The notes beneath the pieces are model-generated. The model had not been told where the DNA came from. It worked only from the letters and a program-made list of their open reading frames with translations, and searched no databases. Shown piece by piece: positions 1 to 6,876 of a stretch of 24,635 nt of DNA. Within the stretch, counting starts at the first letter, position 1. Each line of letters begins with the position of its first letter. The position numbers were made by a program, and so were the translations under genes. This stretch comes from an uncultured bacterium. Lineage in GTDB: Bacteria; Krumholzibacteriota; Krumholzibacteriia; Krumholzibacteriales; Krumholzibacteriaceae. The DNA is taken from the NCBI GenBank assembly GCA_965371515.1, contig CBDUYR010000042.1, positions 1 through 24,635 on the forward strand. Direction: 5' to 3'.

Positions 1-1133
1 GTCTTGTCCCTGTTGTAGGTCTCTATCGAGAGGGGATCGTCCACCTTGACGTTCTGCTCGTCGCTGACGCCCCTGTATCCGAACATGTTGAGGAGATCGA
101 TCTTTTTGTCGAGAAGGTAGTTCCTGATATTGAGCCTGCCGCTGTATCGGTAGTACTCATCCCCCTCCCGCCTTATGTCCCTCTGGCTGTACGCGCCGTT
201 GAGGTTGTATGAGAGTCCCGTTCCGCTGACGATAACTCCTCCGTTGAAGTTCGCTTCCTTGGTGTCGGGATTCGACTTGATCTTGAGCCTGTGCGGCTGT
301 CGGCCCATCTTCGTCTTGACCTTGATGAGGCCCGTGGTCACATCGCCGTATTCGGCCGACGGCACGCCGGTGACAACCTCGACGCTCTCGATGTTGTCGG
401 CGGGGATCGTCCTCAGATCGATCTGGCCGCCGGCCGACGTGGATACCGAGGAGCCGTAGGAGGTCCCCGTGCCAGTCTGCAGGTTGGCGTTGTTCGACAG
501 CGTTATATCGTCGATCATGACCTTCGTGCCGAAGAGCGCGAGGGAGCTTTCCGTTGAGCTCACGTCACCCGCTCCCCTCAGAACGACGTTCGTCTTTTTC
601 GAAAGCCCGGGCGGCGCCGTTCTCTCCACGCCGGGGATCAGCTCGAGGACGTCCCCGAGGCTGGATGAGAGGTGATGCTCTATCTCGGCGCTCGAGATCT
701 CGTGGGTCGTCTCTATCTTATCGGGGAGGAGCTCGCGCCTGTCGAGGACGTTGATGCCCGCAATAGAGAAGAAGATGTTCTGCCTGGGATCGCCGGGGAC
801 ACACTCGCACCCGTAGGTAGTGATCCTGCCCGGCTCGACCTCGATGTCCTGGTAATTCGTGCTGAAATATTCGTCCTTGAAGATCGTGATGCTGTATTTG
901 CCCGGCTCGAGGTCGAACTGGAACTTTCCGTTCTTGTCGGTCATCGTGCTGATCGTTGTTCCCTGTATGGCCACGATCGCCTCGGCGATCGGCTTTCCGG
1001 TGATATTGTCCTTGACCTTGCCGACAAGCCGACCTTTCCTCGCCGCCGAGGCGGGCGACGAGATCATCAAGATGGCAAGCAGAACACAGAAAATCCCCGC
1101 AATGGCGGGGATCGGCCTCGACAATCTTCTCAT
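1..1133 (-). CDS. TonB-dependent outer-membrane receptor with N-terminal carboxypeptidase-regulatory-like domain and plug; 3' end runs off the window
   Basis: Hand-translated; not in the ORF track because there is no stop in the window. ATG at 1133 follows GCAGGAAA. Signal peptide MRRLSRPIPAIAGIFCVLAILMISSPASA, then GRLVGKVKDNITGKPIAEAIVAIQGTTISTMTDKNGKF (CarboxypepD_reg-like). Plug motifs SLGDVLELIPGV and DLRTIPADNIESVEVVTGVPSAEYGDVTTGLIKVKTK, then the first barrel strands. Confidence 0.93.
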   Translation of the reverse strand, partial: MRRLSRPIPAIAGIFCVLLAILMISSPASAARKGRLVGKVKDNITGKPIAEAIVAIQGTTISTMTDKNGKFQFDLEPGKYSITIFKDEYFSTNYQDIEVEPGRITTYGCECVPGDPRQNIFFSIAGINVLDRRELLPDKIETTHEISSAEIEHHLSSSLGDVLELIPGVERTAPPGLSKKTNVVLRGAGDVSSTESSLALFGTKVMIDDITLSNNANLQTGTGTSYGSSVSTSAGGQIDLRTIPADNIESVEVVTGVPSAEYGDVTTGLIKVKTKMGRQPHRLKIKSNPDTKEANFNGGVIVSGTGLSYNLNGAYSQRDIRREGDEYYRYSGRLNIRNYLLDKKIDLLNMFGYRGVSDEQNVKVDDPLSIETYNRDK

Positions 1134-1327
1134 TTTCCTGCTTTCGTTTCTTGCAGACCAGTCGATCATGAGATCACCCGCTCGAGGGTCTCCGGGCAGG
1201 ATATGGCTTTCAGGGGAAGAGAGGGACAGGACCCGGGCGGGAACGCCGCCTCCTCCGGTGCGCCATCGCAGAATATCCTTCTGCTCTAAATCGGCACGAA
1301 AAATCCCCTCACCATCAATATAAACGA

Positions 1328-1360
1328 CTGAAAAAGAATTATCATTCAAAATAATTTCAG
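1328..1360. promoter_or_regulatory. AT-rich imperfect palindrome, possible Fur-type operator upstream of the TonB-dependent receptor
   Basis: CTGAAA-AAG-AATTAT-CATTCAAA-ATAATT-TCAG. The minus strand TTGAATGATAATTCTTTTT matches 12/19 positions of the Fur box GATAATGATAATCATTATC (hand count). Confidence 0.4.
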
Positions 1361-1400
1361 ATTCATGTAAATGGTTGGTTACCCCCATCTTAATGGAAAA

Positions 1401-1538
1401 TTCGCAGAGCTGGCCGGTCAGCTGCAAACTGCTGAAAAGAGATTCAGGAGATTCTCCCCCGTCATGTCGGCGAAGTAAGACTTCGCGACATGGTACGAAC
1501 GGCAAAGAGCTCGGGGCTAAAGTACCGGGCTCTTTTCT
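1401..1538 (+). ncRNA. Putative structured small RNA (three hairpins ending in an intrinsic terminator), family unknown
   Basis: Hairpins at 1408-1423, 1461-1494 and 1504-1535 all contain G-U pairs when read on the plus strand, which would be A-C mismatches on the minus strand. No convincing plus-strand CDS precedes them. Confidence 0.4.
1504..1538 (+). terminator. Intrinsic terminator, plus-strand polarity; may also stop the convergent CHAT transcript
   Basis: AAAGAGCTCGG-GGCTAAAGTA-CCGGGCTCTTT-TCT: an 11-bp stem with one U-G pair running into TTTTCT. Confidence 0.65.
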
Positions 1539-1546
1539 GCTGCTAT

Positions 1547-4387
1547 CTACATCTCAGACAACCTGCCTATATTTATCGCGTAAGAGGCCCAGTCGAATGA
1601 GTTGAGGGGTTCCGGGTCTTCCCTGAACAGCTTTCTTCGAGCTTTGCAAAGAGCCCTGATGTGGGAACGGTTGTCCGATTCAAGTTCCCGGGTATACAAG
1701 GTCATCAGTTTCAGCGCCCCTTCGTCCTTTACATCCCAGAATGTCGTAATAACGGCAGCGGCTCCGGCATCGAGAAATGCGTCCCCGAGACTCGGACCGA
1801 TATTGCGGGCAGCGACCGAAGGCACTCCGCTCGAGCACCCGGACAAGACGACAAGCTCGCACCTGCTGAAATCAGCGGACCGGATATCAGTAAAATCCAG
1901 GAAGCCTGATTCCGGCGACAAGTCACCTTCTGGCAATACTAGCGGCACGAGAACGAGAAACGGGATTTCAGGGTCACGTATGATATGAGTGGCAATGTAG
2001 AGGTATGAGGCATCTTCCCAACGTTTTCTGATCTCCTGCTTCGTCACCTCACTTCCCTGTAAAAGAACGGCAGAACTGTCCAGGGCCGCAACGGCCCGGC
2101 CCTCCGCCTTGATACATTTGAGCTTGTTGGCAAACAGGCATTTGGATCTTGATAATCTGGCACTGCCTGAGTTTACTATGATTATCCCCGGATTGTCGGA
2201 TCTGTGTGTGGAGTATTTATTTTCAAAGTGGCGAAGGTACGCGACATCGAAATGTTCGAGCAGGGACACGTATCCCCCATCTGAACTGATGTTGAATGCC
2301 TCAAACGGGACGCGCCCGAGAAAATCATCCGTTGTTATCAGAAGCGTGCGGGGATTGCCCGGATAGGCGTTATTACGGAGATCATCCGGCAGCAGGTGGC
2401 GCCCGAGCTTTGTCAGATTGCGCTGCACATCTATCGAATCCTCGATTCCGCCTGCCTCCTTTACTCCCTCCATATGTCTGTGCGTCTCAGAAACGAGGGC
2501 ATGCATCTCCCCTCTTGAACATTGGATCTTGTTGCGCCGAACGCCTTTCGGAGAAACTGTAAAGCGCGTAATATTATTGTCATCCATGACGTACATGCAG
2601 TGCACGGCTTCCAGTTCGCGCATGCTCATCATCGCAGCCTCAGCCAACCAGTTGAAATGGTCTTTGAGCGTGTTCTCATCAACTGAGCGGGCTGTGGTCC
2701 CATGGCTGGCTGAAGCAGCCATAGCGAGCTCGAAGGATGTGGCAGGATCGACCAGCCTCGTTCCCATATCGAGAGCGATGTTTCGCCAAAACAGCTCCGC
2801 TCCATACTGGAGCTTCAGATCGTGGGACGTAAGCTCATGCATGAGCTTACGAAGCTCGAAGCATTCGTTGATCCAGAGATACCCCTGAACGCTGATGTCC
2901 ATTAGCCCTACAAATGACCTGAGGTGCCTGAGGCCATCCTCCAGACAGGTGAACGCTTCCGTCGAATCACCATCACTCAGCGCAACCCTTGCACGGAGAA
3001 CATCACATGTGATTCCGTCGAGCAACAGTGGATTTTTTATCCTGGGAGATACGAGATCGAATCGCTCGAGGGCCATACGCACTTCCTCGATATTCCCTCT
3101 TTCAAATTCAGCGCGCGCTTTGAGGGCAAGGATCCGGCTTTCCTCTCTATGTGTGAACTTATGTCCCGGCCTGTTCAACCCACGGTCTATTACTTTAATG
3201 GCATTCTCGACAAGCCCGTTATCCAGAAGCCCGCTTGCCCAATAGTACGGATGGGTAAAGCGATTGGCCTCGATGGACGTTTCATCAGTTGAATGCTCGA
3301 TCTCCCAGTTGAGCGCATTCGCTTTCTTGACATCTCCACGTGCCATTAACCATCGAGCTTCGATAACCTTGATCCAGATATCGAAATGCCTCGAATACCT
3401 CAGGTCATCATGTACTTTTCCAAGAATTTTCGCTCTCGCCAGCAACCGCTCAACGGTCTCCCAGCACGAATACTTGGAATAGAATTCCATGGCATGGTAG
3501 AGATATCGTATCTCGTAGTATCCCCCTTTATACGTCCTGCACAGCTCTATCGCCTCATTGATCAGATCGTTCGCCAGCGCCAGCCTTCCCCTCCGAGAGT
3601 AATAACCGGCGTAAAAATAGCTGATACGGCTGATCTGATTGGATAACTGATAGTTGACGGCCAATTCTCGGGCTCTTTGAAAGCACATTTCCATTGAATC
3701 GAACACGCCTTCATTTCCATATACGGCTCCCAGGCCGCCGAGCGCCTGACACGCAGGCTCATGAAAACCGATTTCCGAAAAATCATTGCTCGCTCCAATG
3801 AGATACTGCTTGGCTCTGTTCCTATCTCCGGAAGCCTCGAATATTTTGAACAGAGCCATCTTCGCGATACCTTCACCATGGGTATCATCATTTCCAACCA
3901 TCATGTTGTAGTATCCGGTGATACTATCGACTTTTGCTTCATGCGTCATATCTGTCTTATTGTCAATCACCCACATGGTTGCTCGCGCAATCATGATCTC
4001 CTGCCGTTTAGCGGGGGGAAAGGTCTTGAGGAACTCAAGATCGTTCAGAAAGAAATCATAGTTGAACTCTTCGGCCAGCACGATACATAAACGTTTCTGG
4101 AGAACATCCAGGCTGTCAGCGTGCCTGAGATATTCCTGCTGAGACATATCGTACACGAGATTACTGAAATGCCTATTGGCGTCCATAGTGCTTTCAAGCC
4201 CCTTTTCCCGCATATAGAGGCCAAGCTGGCTGCCATCTCCTTCAACTAGGATCGTGACCAGCTCAACGGGCAGGCCCTGATAGAAATCGACTCTATCATC
4301 ATGTTTGGAGCAGGACACCAGGCACACAGCCAATGCAATGACGATTACGAACGCTGCATTGATAGATATATTCTTATAGTTCAGCAT
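1547..4387 (-). CDS. TPR/helical-repeat + CHAT-domain (caspase-like, clan CD) protease, predicted lipoprotein, 946 aa
   Basis: Hydrophobic N-terminus with lipobox LVS-C26. TPR-like helices (ACQALGGLGAVYGNEG; ALANDLINEAIELCR). CHAT motifs LLITTDDFLGRVPFEAF, YLYIATH (His801), LVVLSGCSSG (Cys851), LGDAFLDAGAAAVITTFWDVKD and WASY. Confidence 0.92.
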   Translation of the reverse strand: MLNYKNISINAAFVIVIALAVCLVSCSKHDDRVDFYQGLPVELVTILVEGDGSQLGLYMREKGLESTMDANRHFSNLVYDMSQQEYLRHADSLDVLQKRLCIVLAEEFNYDFFLNDLEFLKTFPPAKRQEIMIARATMWVIDNKTDMTHEAKVDSITGYYNMMVGNDDTHGEGIAKMALFKIFEASGDRNRAKQYLIGASNDFSEIGFHEPACQALGGLGAVYGNEGVFDSMEMCFQRARELAVNYQLSNQISRISYFYAGYYSRRGRLALANDLINEAIELCRTYKGGYYEIRYLYHAMEFYSKYSCWETVERLLARAKILGKVHDDLRYSRHFDIWIKVIEARWLMARGDVKKANALNWEIEHSTDETSIEANRFTHPYYWASGLLDNGLVENAIKVIDRGLNRPGHKFTHREESRILALKARAEFERGNIEEVRMALERFDLVSPRIKNPLLLDGITCDVLRARVALSDGDSTEAFTCLEDGLRHLRSFVGLMDISVQGYLWINECFELRKLMHELTSHDLKLQYGAELFWRNIALDMGTRLVDPATSFELAMAASASHGTTARSVDENTLKDHFNWLAEAAMMSMRELEAVHCMYVMDDNNITRFTVSPKGVRRNKIQCSRGEMHALVSETHRHMEGVKEAGGIEDSIDVQRNLTKLGRHLLPDDLRNNAYPGNPRTLLITTDDFLGRVPFEAFNISSDGGYVSLLEHFDVAYLRHFENKYSTHRSDNPGIIIVNSGSARLSRSKCLFANKLKCIKAEGRAVAALDSSAVLLQGSEVTKQEIRKRWEDASYLYIATHIIRDPEIPFLVLVPLVLPEGDLSPESGFLDFTDIRSADFSRCELVVLSGCSSGVPSVAARNIGPSLGDAFLDAGAAAVITTFWDVKDEGALKLMTLYTRELESDNRSHIRALCKARRKLFREDPEPLNSFDWASYAINIGRLSEM

Positions 4388-4431
4388 GAATTAAAGATGC
4401 AGTTTTACGTATCTTAACGCAAAGAGTATTG

Positions 4432-4472
4432 TTTATAAGAACTTGTGCCGCCCCGCACAAAGATGTTATAAT
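4432..4472. promoter_or_regulatory. Overlapping divergent sigma70-like promoters sharing a palindrome
   Basis: Palindrome TTGTGC-CGCCCC-GCACAA (4443-4460). Minus strand: TTGTGC-N17-TATAAA toward CHAT. Plus strand: TTGTGC-N18-TATAAT with an extended TGn (4464-4472). Confidence 0.5.
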
Positions 4473-4674
4473 CAGAATATCAGGACGGCCCCGCCGCGGC
4501 AACCCCACCATATTCTACCACAGACCAGCTTTTGCAGCATCTGTTGTTGAGCGGGGCGGATGATATTATTGAATCGATCTGGTGGATCGAGGAAGCGCTG
4601 ACTCCTCGCTATCTGAATAATCTCATTGAAAAAAATCAGGGCAGGATGCACGGGAGATGTCAATCTGGCAGTTT

Positions 4675-4718
4675 AAGGGTCGCGCTAAAACGCGGCCCTT
4701 CCTTTGTGGTCTGCCACA
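4675..4718 (+). terminator. Tandem hairpins, possible terminator or structured RNA 3' end
   Basis: AAGGGTCGCG-CTAAAA-CGCGGCCCTT (10 bp, one U-G pair on plus), then TGTGG-TCTG-CCACA. The U-tract is weak. Confidence 0.4.
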
Positions 4719-4774
4719 TAAAAATACTGCCTTCCCCCGTTCACTGATTTACACGACACAAGAAGCCGGCGTTG

Positions 4775-5875
4775 TCAGCCGCAGACGGTGGAGAAGAGCC
4801 GCAGGAGGTTTTCTCCCATCACGGAGGTGATATCATCCACGTCCCAGCCCCTGGCCGCCAGGGCCGCCGCAAGCGCCTGCACCTTCGAGATGTCCTCGAG
4901 GCCGGGCGGGACGACCATTATGCCGTCGAAATCCGAGCCTATGCCGGTATGGGCGATTCCCGCGACAGAAGCGATATGCTCGACATGGTCGGCTACCGCC
5001 TCGATGCCGGGCATCGGTATCTCCTTTATCCGCTCGATATAACCCGCCCCGATCTCCTCGTCGACACGCTTCGGGTCGCCGCCGTACTCAGCGGCGAGGC
5101 GGCTCCGCTCCTCGCGGTAGCGCCCCCAGATCTCGAATACCTTCGTGTGAGTCTCTTTTTCGAGGAAGGCGGGGAAAAAGTTGACGCAGGCCACCCCTTC
5201 TTTCTCCGCCAGCGCACGGAGCATCTCGTCGCTTATGTTCCTGGGGATGTCACAGATCGCCCTGGCGCTCGAATGCGAGACGAGTACGGGGGCGGAGGAA
5301 GATTTCAATACGTCGAAGAACGTTTCGTCCGAGGAGTGGGAGAGATCGATGACCATGCCGAGCCGGTTCATCGCAGCGACCGTCTCCCTGCCCGCAGGGC
5401 TGAGCCCCTCCCATCTCTTCTCACCGTCGCTCGAGTCGGCCAGCTCGTTCGTGTTCATCCATGTCAGAGTAAGACATCTCACACCGGCGCCGTGGAGCTC
5501 CTCGAGCCTCGCAACGCTGCCTCCGAGGACATGCCCCCCCTCGACTCCGATCACCGCCGCTATCCTGCCCGATTCTCCCGCCTCCGCGATCTCAGGGCCG
5601 GAGAGGGCGACGGCGATACGATCGGAATGCTTCTCCGCCTGTCTGCGGACCGCGGAGATCATCTCGAGGGTATCGGGCATCCACCGTTCGACGCTGAGGT
5701 CGGGGTCGACCCAGCAGGCGAAGACCTGCGCGCCGACTCCCCCCTCTTTCATCCTCGGGAGGTCGACATGCCCGTCGGCAAGCCTTGTTCCGAGATCGAC
5801 CGGCTTGTCTCCGGTGAGCCTCAGGGCGGTGTCGCAATGGGCGTCGAACACGAAAAATCGCCTTCCATCATCCAT
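4775..5875 (-). CDS. Membrane/renal dipeptidase family (peptidase M19), 366 aa
   Basis: Motifs FDAHCD, GHVDLPRMKEGGV, IGVEGG, LTLTW, IDLSHSS, VSHS, PRNISDE and GIGSDFDG. Confidence 0.95.
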   Translation of the reverse strand: MDDGRRFFVFDAHCDTALRLTGDKPVDLGTRLADGHVDLPRMKEGGVGAQVFACWVDPDLSVERWMPDTLEMISAVRRQAEKHSDRIAVALSGPEIAEAGESGRIAAVIGVEGGHVLGGSVARLEELHGAGVRCLTLTWMNTNELADSSDGEKRWEGLSPAGRETVAAMNRLGMVIDLSHSSDETFFDVLKSSSAPVLVSHSSARAICDIPRNISDEMLRALAEKEGVACVNFFPAFLEKETHTKVFEIWGRYREERSRLAAEYGGDPKRVDEEIGAGYIERIKEIPMPGIEAVADHVEHIASVAGIAHTGIGSDFDGIMVVPPGLEDISKVQALAAALAARGWDVDDITSVMGENLLRLFSTVCG

Positions 5876-5943
5876 AAGGCGATTATACGCGCAATGCGGT
5901 TGATGTCACGTAGATTTACCGTCCATGGCGCCTCGGCGCCGGG

Positions 5944-6444
5944 TCAGTGGACGATCGTCGCCGCAGTCGCCACGTCTCCGTAGATATAGAGGGCGTAAGG
6001 CAAGAGGGCCGTGGTACTCCTTATCGCATATCCCTGGTTGGTCGGGCCGCTGAACCTGATATCGAGACTGTTGCTGGTGAAGAAATCCCATCCACCCTGG
6101 TTCGCCGCCGTCGTGCCGCCGATATACTCCAGGTTGTCAACGATCCTGCCGTTGTAGAACTGGAGCCAGATCGTGTTCAGCGTGGGGGGGAACTCATCCT
6201 CCATGGCGTAGTACGAGGTCAGCGCCACCTGGATGTTCCTTATATTCTGGAGCGTAACGGCCACCTGAGCTGCCTTCTTCGAGCGGTGATAGTTTGCAAG
6301 CACTATAGTAGCCAGAAATCCTATGATTTCCACGACGATAAAAAGCTCGAGTACCGTAAAACCGAGTTTTCCGAGCCCGCGCCGCTTCCGGCGGGCGTTT
6401 GAAACCCTTGCAAAAATGCCGATAAAATCGCGTATACGTCTCAT
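5944..6444 (-). CDS. Type IV pilin / pseudopilin-like protein with prepilin N-methylation site (28-aa leader, 138-aa mature)
   Basis: Start moved to ATG 6444 (AGGAG 6 nt upstream). Basic leader ending KLG|FTVLELFIVVEIIGFLATIVLANY, then pilin helix ALTSYYAMEDEFP. Confidence 0.9.
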   Translation of the reverse strand: MRRIRDFIGIFARVSNARRKRRGLGKLGFTVLELFIVVEIIGFLATIVLANYHRSKKAAQVAVTLQNIRNIQVALTSYYAMEDEFPPTLNTIWLQFYNGRIVDNLEYIGGTTAANQGGWDFFTSNSLDIRFSGPTNQGYAIRSTTALLPYALYIYGDVATAATIVH

Positions 6445-6562
6445 GATGCACTCCTGTGCGGACGAATTCCGGGTTTCGATCACTTCCACGGGGGTGATTT
6501 GCAAGAATTATGACAAAACGAAGGAAGAGTTCGGACCTGCTGGAACGAGGCTTAACAACAAT

Positions 6563-6584
6563 AAAAAAGGGGGCTTGCACCCCC
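6563..6584 (-). terminator. Intrinsic terminator after the nifU-like gene
   Basis: Minus strand GGGGGT-GCAA-GCCCCC-TTTTTT: GC stem with a U-G closing pair, GNRA loop and U6 tail. Confidence 0.8.
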
Positions 6585-6625
6585 GTAAAACAAATCGCGG
6601 ATATTCATGAATTCGGTGCCTGTAT

Positions 6626-6844
6626 CTAGACGGCCTCGACCCTCACGACCTCGGGGATCCTGTCCTTCAGGACCTTCTCGACGCCATGGGTCAGGGTCAT
6701 CTGCGACATCGGGCAGCCCGCGCAAGCGCCCTTGAGCTTTACCTGAACCACGCCGTCGACCACGTCGATCAGCTCGATATCTCCGCCGTCGGCCTGCAGA
6801 TTGGGCCTGATCTCCTCGATTACCGCTGCTACCTTTTCCTTCAT
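6626..6844 (-). CDS. Stand-alone NifU C-terminal domain (Nfu-type Fe-S cluster carrier), 72 aa
   Basis: IRPNLQADGGDIELIDV and LKGACAGCPMSQMTL with CxxC; GGAGG RBS upstream. Confidence 0.95.
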   Translation of the reverse strand: MKEKVAAVIEEIRPNLQADGGDIELIDVVDGVVQVKLKGACAGCPMSQMTLTHGVEKVLKDRIPEVVRVEAV

Positions 6845-6876
6845 GATCGTTACCTCCGGATTATTGCCTGATAAAT

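Noticed and set aside
1134..1300. Cobalamin riboswitch ahead of the TonB receptor (GCCCGGAGACC resembles the B12 box)
   Set aside because: The conserved AGGGAA and downstream core elements are not present.
175..1323. Several plus-strand ORFs (for example 672-1289, 859-1323)
   Set aside because: Antisense shadows of the minus-strand TonB receptor; no recognisable motifs.
1423..1530. c-di-GMP-I riboswitch (GCAAAC...GAAA...GCAAAG...CTAA fragments)
   Set aside because: The stem around GAAA does not pair, the spacing is wrong and there is no downstream plus-strand gene.
1547..4387. Type III-E CRISPR Craspase (Csx29) or gasdermin-associated protease
   Set aside because: No cas genes, CRISPR array or gasdermin in the window, and the protein has a lipoprotein signal.
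4405..4475. Integron attC site around the low-GC gene (TATAAC...GTTAAGA on minus)
   Set aside because: The core sites are not complementary, there is no attC downstream and no integrase; better explained as promoter sequence.
4772..5983. 403-aa plus-strand ORF
   Set aside because: Antisense shadow of the M19 dipeptidase, expected at high GC.
6445..6504. Longer pilin start (TTG 6504) from the ORF track
   Set aside because: ATG 6444 has a well-spaced AGGAG; the extension adds nothing pilin-like.
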